Below are positions 45,923-59,227 of a stretch of DNA of 64,000 bases, piece by piece. The first letter of the stretch is position 1. Each line of letters starts with the position of its first letter. Where the stretch lies: positions 15,251,558-15,315,557 of the forward strand of contig NC_090399.1 of assembly GCF_036365525.1 (NCBI RefSeq), in the 5' to 3' direction. This stretch comes from Heterodontus francisci. Lineage: Eukaryota. The notes under the pieces are model-generated. The model did not search any database. It was given only the letters and a program-made list of their open reading frames with translations, and was not told the DNA's origin. A program made the translations under genes and the position numbers.

Positions 45923-48900
45923 TGTTAGTGAGAGCTCAGAGCCAACATGTACCCGTTAAGGTGAAGGGTAGGATCAACAAGTCCAGGGAACCCTGGATGT
46001 AAAGGGGTATAGAGGATTGGATCAGGAACAAAAAGGAGGCTTATGGCAGATTCGGAGCGTTGAAAGCAGCGGAGGCACTAGAGCAGTATAGAAAGTGTAG
46101 GGGGTACTTCAAAAAGTAATTAGGAGAGCAAAGAGGGGACATGAAAAAACATTGGCAGGCATTTTAAAGGAAAGTTCTAAGGCGTTTTATAAGTATATTA
46201 AGGGCAAGAGAATAACCCAGGAAAGCGTAGGGTTCATTAGGCACCTAAGTGGCAATCTGTGTGTGAAACTGGAGGACATAGGTGAGGTTTTAAGTGGTTA
46301 CTTTTCAACTGTGTTCATTGTGGAGAAGGCCGATGTAGGTGTAGAGTTCAGGGAGGGGGATTGTAATATACTTGAACATATTAGCATTGAAAGGGAGGAT
46401 GTATTAGCTGTTTTAGGGGGCTTAAAAGTGGATAAATCCCTAGGCCCAGATGAGATGTATCCCAGGCTGTTATGTGAGGCAAGGGAGGAGATAGCATGGA
46501 CTCTGCACAACTTTCCAAATCCTCTCTGGCCACAGGAGAGGTACCAGAAGATCAGAGGACAGCGAATGTGGTACCATTAATCGAGAAGGGTAGCAGGGAT
46601 AAACCAGGTGATTACAGGCCACTGCGTCTAACATCAGTGATTGGGAAACTATTGGAAAAAAAATATTAGGGACAAGATTAATCTTGGAGAGGCAGGGATT
46701 AATCAGGGATAGTCAGTATGGCTTTGTCAGGGGGAGATAGTGTCTAACTAACTTTTGATTGAATTTTTCGAAGCAGTGACTAGATGTGTAGATGAGGGTA
46801 AAGCAGTTGATGTCGTCTACATGGACTTCTGTAAGGCTTTTGATAATGGCCCGCATGGGAGATTGGTTAAGAAGGTAATAGCCCATGGGATCCAGGGCAA
46901 TTTATCAAATTGGATCCAAAATTGGCTTAGTGGGAGGAGGCAGAGGGTGATGATCGAGGGTTGTCTTTGCGATTGGAAGTCTTTGACCAATGGTGTACCA
47001 CAGGGATCGGTGCTGGGGCCTTTGCTGTTTGTAATGCACATTAATGATTTAGACGTGAATATAGGAGGTATGATCAGTAAGTTTGCAGATGACATGAAAA
47101 TTGATGGTGTCGTAAATAGTGAGGAGTATAGCCTTAGATTACAGGACGATATAAATGGGCTGGTAAGATGGTCAGAGCAGTGGCAAATGCAATTTAATCC
47201 TGAGAAGTGTGAGGTGATGCATTTTGGAAGGACTAACAGGGCAAGTGTATATACAATGGATGGTAGGACCCTAGGAAATACAAAGGATCAGAGGGACCTT
47301 GGTGTACTTGTCCATAGGTCACTGAAGGCAGCAGCACAAGTAGATAAGGTGGTTAAGAAGGCATGTGGGATACTTGCCGTTATTAGCTGAGGCATGGAAT
47401 ATAAGAGCAGGGAGGTTATGATGGAGCTGTATAAAACACTAGTTATGACACAGCTGGAGTATTGTGTACAGTTCTGATCACCACGCTATAGGAAGGATGT
47501 TATTGCACTGGAGAGGGTGCAGAGGAGATTCATCAGGATGTTGCCTGGGCTGGAACATTTCAGCTATGAATACAGACTGGACAGGCTGTGTTTGTTTTCC
47601 TTAGAGCAGAGAAGGTTTGAGGGTGGACCTGATTGACGTATACAAAATTATGAGGGGCATTGATAGGTTGGATAGGAAGAAACGTTTTCCCTTAGCGGAG
47701 GTGTCAATAACCAGGGGGCATAGATTTAAGGTAAGGGGCAGGAGGTTTAGAGGGGATTTGAGGAAACAAAATTCACTCAGAGGGTAGTTGGAATCTGGAA
47801 CGCACTGCCTGAAGAGGTGGTAGAGGCAGGAACCCTCACAACATTTAAGAAGTATTTAGATGAGCACGTGAAATGCCATAACATAAAAGGCTATGGGCCA
47901 AATGTTGGAAAATGGGATTAGAATAGTTAGGCATTGATGGCTGGCACAGACACGATGGACCGAAGTGCCTGTTTCTGTGCTGTATAACTCTATGACTCTA
48001 TGACTGTGGTTGATGTAGCGCCCCCATGGCATTAGCAACAGCTGACTGACCAATCACTGTACATCGGGTAGTCAGGTCCAGCCCATCCCAAGCTGATCAC
48101 GCAGGCAGCATGCACGAAACAGCGTATAAAAATTGTGTTCCAAAGTGATGGCTAACAAGCTTAGGACTAGGTAGTCTGATCAACTACTTGGAGAATCAAA
48201 AGGGGAGGACCTGCTCTGCTCTGCTCTGACTCTAAGTAACCTAACTTACGTTGACGTGTGAGTATAATTTCTGCTGAAGATAAGATTTTGAAACGCTGAA
48301 TAAACATGCGATGTGGGAGCAATAATTTGGTAGTCTGGAGTCGTTGACACCCAGAGTAAACCTCCAAGTGGAGATTAATCTTGCAGCACTTTTGTTTCTC
48401 TAAAATTGTGTTCCAGAGGATATCTCAGAATTCTGCTGATTACTTTTTTAAAAATGTGTATGACTTAATAATCCACTGACATTCTTCCCTTTTGTAACAA
48501 CTTTTAATGCTTAAAACGATTTGACAGCTTTTACTCAAAATATGAGGCATGTTTCCCCAGCAAGGGTAGGGCCATCCTAACGGCAATCGGATTTAAGCGC
48601 TGAAATGCGCTGATAGGTTTTAGGTCTAATTTTAACCTAAGCTAACTGGTTGGTCGCATGCAACGCTGGCTGTACACATTTACTCTTCCTTGAAGGCAAT
48701 GTAGAGTAATCTTGGCCAACGTGCAAAACTGCTGTTCCGTGCAATGTGGTGGATTCAGCACCCGTGCTGATTAACTCTCTAAACTGTTAATGATCTTTAA
48801 AATGCTCCAGGTGGTACCTTGATACACTGTTCTCATCCCTCTCTTGCCATGTGGTCATCAACCCTATTATGGGTGAATATTTCCAGGTTCAAGCGCATTT

Positions 48901-48970
48901 AGCAAGGTCTCTCATGATATATCAGGGATTCTCTGCTGTAGTGTTTCCCATTTTCACCCTTTAAACATGT

Positions 48971-50086
48971 GGACCAGAATTTTATGCCACTCCCCCCACA
49001 TTCCACCACCCCCTCCCCTCCCCCCCCCCCCCACCCCCGGTAACAAGATCGTAAAATTGAGTGGGAGGTGGGGGCTGCTGTTCCTGTCGCCTTCCCGCCC
49101 CGCTGCAATTTATGCGGAGCGGACATGGCAAGAAACAGTCCACCCGCCCAGGCCAATTACGGCTCTTAAGTGGCCAATTAACTGCCACTTAAGGGCCTCC
49201 TCCCGCCACCACTGGTATATTACCAGCAGCGGGCGGGTGGCTCAGGGCCCCCAGAAGGCTATCCAGTAGAACCTGTTACCCACTGTTTTTTTCAGGTTGT
49301 TTTTCTTCAGGTTTGCACTTGCTGCTGTTCAATATTCAGTATATTCACACCTAATCTGTACTAATGCTTTGTCTTTCAACACACCATTAACATATTGTTT
49401 GCCTTTGCTCCGTGACCTTTTGGTCAGCTATGTGGCCTGGTCCAATCTGCACCTTCTCCTTTGTTATCTCTTGCCCAACCCCCACCTCACTTGTTTATAA
49501 TCTGTGACTTTTCTAATATTTGTCAGTTCCGAAGAAGGGTCACTGACCCGAAACGTTAACTCTGCTTCTCTTTCCACAGATGCTGCCAGACCTGCTGAGT
49601 GAATCCAGCATTTCTTGTTCTGCCAGACCTGCTGAGTGAATCCAGCATTTCTTGTTTTTGTTTCAGATTTCCAGCATCCGCAGTATTTTGCTTTTATCCA
49701 GTAGAACCTAGTGGCCTCCTTGTGGGCTGGGGATGGGCACTTCTGATCAGGCAACCTGTGCCCCACAGAGGGCCACTACAGCCCAACCACCCCACTGCAC
49801 TATATTCGGCACCCCAACCTTGCCTCACAGGTGCACGGCTTGTTCCTCTCCCTGGATGCAGTTCCAGCAGTGGCCACCGCTCCCAGTGTGCTGCTGGGAC
49901 TGAACTGTGGGCCCACTGATTGACTGGCAGCTTTTAGAGGTGGGACTTCCTGCCTCAGCGGGGAGAAATCCCGCCTGAGGACAATGAAGGGCCTGGGCCT
50001 GGTAAAATCATAGCTTCGAGGCCCAGCGGAGATGGGCTCGCCCTCGACTTTTTGACTGGTTGGCGGGGCCTCCTAATATTCCGGCC
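48971..50086. mobile_element. GC-rich non-autonomous element with imperfect short TIRs
   Basis: ggaccagaatttta ... taatattccggcc; abrupt GC shift; hosts a Penelope fragment. Confidence 0.4.
49275..49694 (+). mobile_element. Penelope-like pseudo-LTR with 15-bp flanking duplication
   Basis: Near-identical to 30668-31013; flanked by tatccagtagaacct; internal ~36-bp tandem duplication. Confidence 0.88.
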
Positions 50087-50184
50087 GTGGTGTGGGCTCT
50101 TGGAAAACCTCTCCATATCACCAATTCGTTTAAAGCAAAACACTATTGATGTCCTTTCCACATTCATTTACATGAACTCCGTTT

Positions 50185-50985
50185 ATAAACATATAGAAAA
50201 TAGATGCAGTAGACCATGCAGCCTCTGCAGCCTGCTCTGTCATTCCGTAAGATCATGGCTGATCTCTGGCCTTAACTGAACTTAGAATTAGAATTAGAAT
50301 TAGAATTAGAACATTACAGCGCAGTACAGGCCCTTCGGCCCTCGATGTTGCGCCGACCTGTGAAACCATCTGACCTACACTATTCCATTTTCATCCATAT
50401 GTCTATCCAATGACCACTTAAATGCCCTTAAAGTTGGCGAGTCTACTACTGTTGCAGGCAGGGCGTTCCACGCCCCTACTACTCTCTGAGTAAAGAAACT
50501 ACCGCTGACATCTGTCCTATATCTATCACCCCTCAACTTAAAGCTATGTCCCCTCGTGTTTGCCATCACCATCCTTTCCTGATCCCGATATCCCTTGATT
50601 CCCTTAAATTACAAAAATATATCGATCTCAGTCTTGAATATATTCAATGACTGAGCATCGACAATTCTCTGGGAGAGAGAATTCCAAAGCTCCACAACCC
50701 TGAATGAAGAAATTTATCATCATCTCTGTTCTGCATGGTCAACCCCTTATCCTGTGAGTATGACCCCTAATTCTCGACTGTCCAGCCAGGGGAGACAGAC
50801 TCTGAGCATTTATCCTATCAAACTCTCTCAGGATCTTATTTGGTCCAGTGAGATCACCTCTCATTCTTATGAACAATAGCTTATAAACATATAAAATATA
50901 CAATATTTAAAATCCAGAAAGAAAAGGCCCATTTTACTCAAAGGACAACTCTCTCATCCCAGAAATCAATATAGTGAACCTAATT
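50185..50985 (-). mobile_element. Nested CR1 3' fragments; younger copy ~50282-50575 with (ttagaa)n tail
   Basis: TRGHSFKL, FFTQRVVGAWNALP. Confidence 0.82.
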
Positions 50986-51422
50986 TAATGCGTGCACTTT
51001 AACGTCCTTCAATCAACTCCCTAAGATCCTGAATGAACAGATCTCTAAATATCTTCATTGTTGTTCCCACTAGAAAAGTGACACCAGGCAGCCATGTCTG
51101 AGAAATTCCTGAAACCCAATTTCCCAAAACTTAGGGGTTTTTTTTTTCAATACTGTTTAACAGAGATTTACATTTCACTTCTTTTGCACTGGCGGCGAAG
51201 TAAGGAAGGGGATTAACTGACCACCGGGTTAGAGCATTGGACTGGGTTATCATTACCCTGCTGCCAGTATATGATCCCCAATCTGCATTATATCATTACA
51301 TTCCCTATTCCCTCTTTGTGGTTATGCTTTAGCTATCGTGGGGGATATGTGTGGGGTGGGAGGGGTGGGGGGTGGCAGGACATTAATGTACAAGTTTTCC
51401 AGAACACGGGTCAGATTACATG

Positions 51423-52150
51423 TGTATGTGACCACCATCCAACCCATGAACTTTATGTGACCTGTCACATTGGGAAATAATGTGGGTGCTAAAAGTATAA
51501 ACAAGTTTGCAACAGGGAAGTAGGAATGTGCTGAGACAACCATGTGGTGTAACTGAACTGTAAAGGGGAAATGGACGTATTAACACCTGCGAGGCTTGAT
51601 GAGAACATGTCTAAACTTGCTGCTAAATTTGTGAGCTGGTTGCTTGGAGATTGGGCCTGGACAGAGTGATCAGACAAGGGCTGGAGAACGGAGAACTAGC
51701 TATGCAATGTGGTTGAAACTTGAGGGATGAGGCTAGCAAAAATAAGTAGATGTCAAAACTGGTGAAAGGTTGACCGGCTGTGACTGACGTAGCGCACCCA
51801 CTACATCGGGTAGTCAGGCCCGGCCCATCCCAAGCTGATCACGCAGGTAGCAGGCAGGAAACAGGGTACAGGAAAGAACGCTCCAACGTGCTAGCCAGCT
51901 AACTCAGGACGAAGTAGTCTGATCAACTACTTGTAGAATTGGAAGAGGAGGACTGATCATCTGCTCCATTCCGACTCTCAGATAAACCTAAGTAACCTAG
52001 CTTACCTGGGCGCGAGTATAATCTCTGTTGAAGATAAGACTTTGAAACGTGGAATAAACATGCTGTGTGGAAGCATTAATTTGGTAGTCTTGAGTCGTTG
52101 ATACCCAGAGTAAACCTCCTGACCTGGACCACTAGTAGGAACAGGCTGCA
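51423..52150 (+). mobile_element. Solo LTR of the 40838 element family
   Basis: Colinear with 40838-41613; TGTA...TGCA ends; flanks catg/cgtg consistent with a 4-bp TSD. Confidence 0.85.
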
Positions 52151-52355
52151 CGTGGTATTTCAGCAATGCCAAGCGGAGGTCTGATGTCGCTGGTTCTGTT
52201 TGCAGCACAAACCACTTGGGCTTCACTCACACGGTTGTGTGTCTGCGCGCAGCGCACATAAAGGACACACTTAGCCAAAGAGTGGTAGCAGGTAGCAAAA
52301 GCCGTGCTAACTGATTATATTGTCAAGCAGGAGCAATCAAGCAGTGATTTTACAA

Positions 52356-52522
52356 TAATAATATAAAAGCAAAATACTGCGGATGCTGGAAATCTGAAAT
52401 AAAAACAAGAAATGCTGGAACCACTCAGCAGGTCTGGCAGCATCTGTGGAAAGAGAAGCAGAGTTAACGAAAGAGAAGCAGAGTTAACGTTTCGGGTCAG
52501 TGACCCTTCATCGGAACAGTAA
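52356..52522 (-). mobile_element. Short Penelope-like terminal fragment
   Basis: Same as 6549 element; flanked by agtgattttacaa; internal 20-bp duplication. Confidence 0.8.
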
Positions 52523-53859
52523 AGTGATTTTACAAGTCCATTTTAAGAAAGCATTTTTGCAACTACATTCGTGTTATTTGTGATAGATTCCCTTGTGTCT
52601 TTGAGAAACCCAAATATTCGCAAATGAATGCGCCGGGTCACAATTTACTGAAATAAACATGAATATTATTGAATCCGATGGTCTCGTTTTGTTCACCTCA
52701 CATTTAGACGATAGTTTCCTGCAAACTCACTTTTCTCTACTTGTTATCTTGAACAACAGGTTTGTGAGTGGGTGTGACAGATAGGAGTCGCAGGCTTTGT
52801 ATTGTGCGTTTACAAGGTTGAAGGTGCTATCTTGAAGTGATTACTCTGTCGGTCTGTGTTACAACCACCCAATTGTTCATTCCTTTTGATGCCATGGCGG
52901 CAACTTTACCTTGGATCCAGTCTTTTGACAATGCAGTAGGAACTTCTGAAGAGCTGCTTTTTCTTTTTGCTATGTTTACCGGGTCTTTTTTTTTGGCTGT
53001 TGCAAACTATTCCACTCGTTGACTCAGAATGCTAGGAATCAATTAAACTTAACGGACCTGAAATGCCGTGCGGTAACGCACAATGTCTTTGGGAGCGTAG
53101 AAACGAAATCCCCCTCCTTCCCACTTCGTGACATCTACTGAAAATCGAGGGTACGTCCATGGGAGGGAGTGCTTGCCCAACATTGGCTCTGATACCCACT
53201 CATCGAATAGCCTACCTGCTCTTTCAATTCATGGTGCAGTGATGTTGACACTTTATGTTCTTTTTAACGCAGACAGTGACATTATGATCAGCAGAAGATT
53301 CCAATAACTTAGAGGGTAATCGTGTCAGACACTCGGAGGAGATTATCTCCCGCCGTTTGAGAGCATCACGGGTATAGAACTGCGGTGTGGTGTTTCACCC
53401 CGCGTTAAAAGATGTAGTTCAGCCGAACTGCTTGCAATGCTTTGAGCGGATGCCCCTGCTCTCGAATTATTTAGCCCTTCGAGAACTCTAAGAAGGCTTG
53501 TGCATCAAACACATCCCAATGCTGAACAAACCATTTAGATGAACTACTACTAGGCGAGAGCTGGTTACGTTGCCATGGGGCTCATGCAAATACGATTATA
53601 ATTTTTATGATTTCGTTTTGTTTTAATTATGCAGTCAGAGTTTAACGAGTCGTTCTTAGCAATGTACAATATTTAGCGTCACACAATGAAGTGGCATCGA
53701 CTGCATTGCAGAATGCTTTACATCTACTCTCGTGGCTTATGCAACATCTAAAATATTTAGACTTATGTATTTCACCTCCAGTTGCATTAAAGGTCCAGCA
53801 CTAGAATTACATCACGCGACGTCAGTGTTATTCTACCAGAAGAATCTATTGCAATTGCC

Positions 53860-54243
53860 AAACATTCAAACATGGCAGCAGTGTGCACCATCTACAAGAC
53901 GAACTTCAGCAATGCACCAAGGCTCCTTAGACTGCACCTTCCAAACCCGCGACCTCCACCATCTAGAAGGACAAGGGCAGCAGATGCATGGGAACATCAC
54001 CACCTGCAAGTTCGCCTCCAAGCCACACATCATCCTGACTTGGAACTATATCACCGTTAGTCTGTCGCTGGGTCAAAATCCTGGATCTCCCTACCTAACA
54101 GCAGTGTGGGTGTACATACCCAACATGGACTGCAGCTGTTCAAGAAGGCAGTTCACCACCACCTTCTCATGGGCAATTAGGGATGGGCAATAAATGCGGG
54201 CCTGGCCAGCGACGCCCGCATCCCATGAAACAAATAAAAAAAT
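53860..54243 (+). mobile_element. LINE 3' end, second family
   Basis: AAVCTIYK...RTRAADAWEHHHLQV as at 18700-18880. Confidence 0.82.
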
Positions 54244-54249
54244 GCCAAT

Positions 54250-57200
54250 TCAGTGCAATTTTCCAAAGTGTAAGGGCGGAGTTCCAGAGCGGTGAGTATA
54301 TAAAAAAACTTACCTCGGGGATTCTCGGAGCAGACTCGGAGGGCGGAGTTCCGGAGCGGTGAGTTCACAGAGGAAGTTACCTCAGGTGGGAAAAAAACCC
54401 TGAAAAAGTGACGTCACAGGAAAGCGGTGACCTGATTGGCTGGTAGGGAATCTGTACCGAATTTGAAAATAAAACTGATAAAAATTGATTAAAACAATAA
54501 TGAACTAATTAATAAGTAGAGTAACTAAACCAGAGGGAGGAGATTACTGTATTTAGACAGCATTTAATATTTATTGTAGAAATCTAGCACTCGGGACCAC
54601 ATAGTGAAGTGTATCATAATTTAGTAAAGATTTAATAAGTATTTATTTATTTTATATCAATTAACTAATTAGTGCTAGAAATGACAGTTAGAGGGGTGAA
54701 GTGCTTCACCTGTGAGATATGGGAGGTCCGTGACGCTTCCAGCGTTCCGGGCGACTACATCTGCAGGAAGTGTACCCAGTTGCAGCTCCTCACAGACCGC
54801 ATGGATCGGTTGAAGCGGCAACTGGATGCACTAAGGAGAATTCAGGTGGCGGAAAGTGTCATAGACAGGAGTTTTAGAGAAGTGGTTACACCCAAGGTGC
54901 CGGCAGATAGATGGGTGACCGCTAGAAGGGGCAGGCAGTCAGTGCAGGACTCCCTTGTGGCTATCCCCCTCTCTAACAAGTATAACGTTTTGGATACTGT
55001 TGAGGTGAATTGCCTATCAGGGGAAAACAGCAGCAGCCAGAGCAGTGGCACCACGGCTGGCACTGTTGTTCAGCAGGGAGGGACAAAGCGCAGAAGAGCA
55101 ATAGTTATAGGGGACTCTCTAGTCAGGGGCACAGATAGGCTCTTCTGTGGACGTTAAAGAGACTCCAGGAAGGTATGTTGCCTCCCTGGTTCCAGGGTCA
55201 AGGATGTCTCTGAACGGACAGAGGGCATTCTGAAGGAGGAGGGTCAACAGCCAGAGGTTGTGGTACACATCGGTACCAACGACATAGGCAGGAAGAGTGA
55301 TGAGGTCCTGCAGGGGGAGTTTAGGGAGTTAGGTAGCAAGTTAAAAAACAGGACCTCTAGGGTTGTAATCTCTGGATTACTCCCTGTGCCACGTGCCAGT
55401 GAGGCTAGAAATAGGAAGATAGTGCCGCTGAACGCGTGGCTGAGCAGCTGGTGTACAAGAAAGGATTTCAGATATCTGGACCATTGGGCTCTCTTCAGGG
55501 ACCAATGGGACCTGTACAAGAAGGACGGGTTGCATCTAAACTGGAAGGGCATTGATATCCTGGCTGCAAGGTTTGCTAGCGTCACTCGGGAGGGTTTAAA
55601 CTAGTGTGGCAGGTGGGTGGGAACCAGAGCAGTAGGACAGCTAGTGAAGTAAATGAGGAGGACATAGTCAATAAGGCCAGTAGGACTAAGAGGAAGAGCA
55701 GGCAGGGAGATGTTGCTGAGCACAGCGGGGCTGGTGGTCTGAAGTGCATTTGTTTCAATGCGAGAAGTATAACAGGTAAGGCAGATGAACTTAGAGCTTG
55801 GATTAGGACTTGGAAATATGATGTTGTTGCGATTACAGAGACTTGGTTGAGGGAAGGGCAGGATTGGCAGCCAAATGTTCCAGGCTTTAGAAGCTTCAGG
55901 CAGGATAGAGGGGGATGTAAAAGGGGTGGGGGAGTTGCATTACTGGTTAAGGAGAACATCACAGCTGTACTGCGGGAGGACACCTCAGAGAGGTCATGCA
56001 GCGAGGCAATATGGGTGGAGCTCAGGAACAGGAAGGGTGCAGTCACGATGTTGGGGGTTTACTACAGGCCTCCCAACAGCCAGCGGAAGGTAGAGGAGCA
56101 GATATGTAGACAGATTTTGGAAAGATATAAAGGTAATAGGGTTGTAGTGGTGGGTGATTTTAACTTCCCCAATATTGACTGGGACTCACTTAGTGCTAGG
56201 GGCTTGGATGGGGCAGAATTTGTGAGGAGTATCCAGGAGGGCTTCTTGAAACAGTATGTAGATAGTCCAACTAGGGATGGGGCCATTCTGGACCTGGTAT
56301 TGGAGAATGAGCCCGGCCAGGTGGTCGAAGTTTCAGTGGGAGAGCATTTCGGGAGCAGTGACCATAATTCCATAAGTTTTATGGTACTTGTGGATAAGGA
56401 TAAGAGTAATCCTCGGGTGAAGGTGCTAAATTGGGGGAAGGCTAATTATAACAATATTAGGCAGGAACTGAAGAATTTAGATTGGGGGCGGCTGTTTGAG
56501 GGTAAATCAACATCTGACATGTGGGAGTCTTTCAAATGTCAGCTGATTAGAATCCAGGACCAGCATGTTCCTGTGAGGAAGAAAGACAAGTTTGGCAAGT
56601 TTCGGGAAGCTTGGATAACACGGGATATTGTGAGCCCAGTCAAAAAGAAATAGGAAGCATTTGTAAGGGCTGGAAGGCTAGGAACAGATGAAGCACTTGA
56701 GGAATATAAAGACAGTAGGAAGGAACTTAAGCAAGGAGTTAGGAGGGCTAAAAGAGGTCATGAAAAGTCATTGGCAAACAGGATTAGGGAAAATCCCAAG
56801 GTTTTTTATACATAAATAAAGAGCAAGAGGGTAACCAGGGAAAGAGTTGGCCCACTCAAGGACAGAGATGGGAATCTATGCGTGGAGCCAGAGGAAATGG
56901 TGAGGTGCTAAATGAGTACTTTGCATCAGTATTCACCAAGGAGAAGGACTTGGTGGATGATGAGCCTAGGGAAGGGAGTGCAGATAGTCTCAGTCATCTC
57001 ATTATCAAAAAGGAGGAGGTGTTGGCTGTCTTGCAAAGCATTAAGGTGGATAAGTCCCCAGGGCCTGATGGGATCTACCCTAGAATACTGAGGGAGGCAA
57101 GGGAAGAAATTGCTGGGGCCTTGACAGAAATCGTTGCATCCTCATTGGCTACAGGTGAGGTCCCAGAGGACTGGAGAATAGCCAATGTTGTTCCTTTGTA

Positions 57201-58625
57201 TAAGAAGGGTGGCAAGGATAGTCCAGGAAATTATAGGCTAGTGAGCCTTACATCAGTGGTAGGCAAACTATTAGAGAGGATTCTTCGGGACACGATTTAC
57301 TCCCATTTGGAAACAAACAAACTTATAAACGAGAGACAGCATGGTTTTGTGAAGGGGAGGTCGTGTCTTACTAATTTGATTGAGTTTTTTGAGGAAGTGA
57401 CGAAGATGATTGATGAGGGAAGTGCGGTGGATGTTGTCTATGTGGACTTTAGCAAAGCCTTTGACAAGGTTCCGCATGGCAGACTGGTGCAAAAGGCGAA
57501 GTCACACGGGATCAGAGGTGAGCCGGCAAGATGGATACAGAACTGGCTCAGTCACAGAAGACAGAGGGTAACAGTGGATGGGTGTTTTTCTGAATGGAGG
57601 GGTGTAACTAGTGGTGTTCCGCAAGGATCAGTGCTGGGACCTTTGCTGTTTGTAGTATATATAAATGACTTGGAGGAAAATGTAGCTGGTCTGATTAGTA
57701 AGTTTGCGGATGACACAAAGGTTGGTGGAGTTGCGGATAATGATGAGGATTGTCAGAGGATACAGCAGGATATAGATCGGTTGGAGACTTGGGCGGAGAA
57801 ATGTCAGATGGAGTTTAATCCGGACAAATGTGAGGTAATGCATTTTGGAAGGTCTAATGCAGGTGGGAGGTATACAGTAAATGGCAGAATCCTTAGGAAT
57901 ATTGACAGGCAGAGAGATCTGGGCGTACAGGTCCACAGGTCACTGAAAGTGGCAACGCAGGTGGATAAGGTAGTCAAGAAGGCATACGGCATGCTTGCCT
58001 TCATCGGTCAGGGCATAGAGTATAAAAATTGGCAAGTCATGTTGCAGCTGTACAGAACCTTAGTTAGGCCACACTTAGAATATTGCGTGCAATTCTGGTC
58101 TCCACACTACCAGAAGGACGTGGCGGCTTTGGAGAGGGTACAGAGGAGCTTTACCAGGATGTTGCCTGGTCTGGAGGGCATTAGCTATGAGGAGAGGTTG
58201 GAAAAACTCGGATTGTTTTCACTGGAACGACGGAGGTGGAGGGGCGACATGATGGAGGTTTACAAAGTTATGAGCGGCATGGACAGAGTGGATAGTCAGA
58301 AGCTTTATCCCAGGGTGGAAGAGTCAGTTACAAGGGGACATAGGTTTAAGGTGCGAGGGGCAAAGTTTAGAGGGGATGTGCGAGGCAATATTTTTGCACA
58401 GAGGGTGGTGAGTGCCTGGAACTTGCTGCCAGGGGAGGTGGTGGAAGCAGATACGATAGCGACGTTTAAGAGACATCTTGACAAATATATGAATAGGAAG
58501 GGAATAGAGGGATATGGGCTCCGGAAGTGCAGAAGGTGTTAGTTTAGGCAGGCATCAAGATCGGTGCAGGCTTGGAGGGCCGAATGGTCTGTTCCAGTGC
58601 TGTACTGTTCTTTGTTCTTTGTTCT
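54250..58625 (+). mobile_element. Full-length, relatively young CR1 LINE: ORF1 ~54672-55604, ORF2 ~55604-58542
   Basis: ORF1 Zn-finger, leucine zipper and SGNH esterase with one stop (55155); ORF2 APE+RT broken by stops and a frameshift at ~56650-56890; tail (tgttctt)n. Confidence 0.96.
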
Positions 58626-59227
58626 GCCTCATGACCTTCGAGGCGAGGGATGGGTACATTGAGGAACTGCAATACCGGCAAAATGCCAGCATGGAGCGCT
58701 GCTTTCTACAGAAAATGATCAGCTCAGTGCTGTTAAATTACTGCTGGTGATGTTAGCGTGAAGTATCATTTAAAACATTTTATCTGATACTCATCTGTAC
58801 CCCCATTTAAATGCAAGCGTTATCCCGTTCATTTTCAATGATTTCAAGCCTCCAACTACTTAAGACAGAGAGCAATGTTGTGCCATGTTGTAAATCTACA
58901 ATTGCTGATACAGCCAACAGTGGATCTTCGGTTGTGGTGAGAAAGACCAACGCCATAGTTCTGCTGGCATAAACAAGCAATACCTGAGCCGAAATTGCAT
59001 TGGACATCCTTTTCGTTACAGTTCCACAGACACCTTGTGAAGGTACAAGGTGAACATTCAGATAAAGCACATAAAATACTAACGTAATCAGGAGCACAGC
59101 AGGTCTGGTACTTTTTTGCAGCACGTAGAAATAATAGAGATGTGGATGGAAAAGCACAGCAACAAGGCAACATAAGTAAGCCATTCGGCCACTCAAAAGC
59201 TCTTTTCCATTCAATAAGATCGTGGCT

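Larger units (their letters stand above)
43070..48003 (+). mobile_element. Near full-length decayed CR1 LINE inserted in the 3' LTR
   Basis: ORF1 from 43343 (CxxC..CxxC, VIGDS, VHIGTND esterase), APE (YYRPPN, VGDFN, SDH), RT (PQGSVLGP, FADD), tail (actctatg)n. Confidence 0.93.
40838..48366 (+). mobile_element. Internally deleted LTR retroelement (Gypsy/ERV-like): 5' LTR ~40838-41613, PBS 41621-41638, gag-like and integrase remnants 41654-42810, truncated 3' LTR split into ~42795-43068 and ~48000-48366
   Basis: Three homologous LTR copies; integrase C-terminus PQSPGIVESMNRTIK...W..VLP...TGYSP and GDKVMVR...KGPY; PBS tggcgagccatccaggag. Confidence 0.85.

Noticed and set aside
56878-58542. 554-aa RT ORF as an active or domesticated gene
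   Set aside because: It is the distal part of a CR1 ORF2 separated from its endonuclease by stops and a frameshift.
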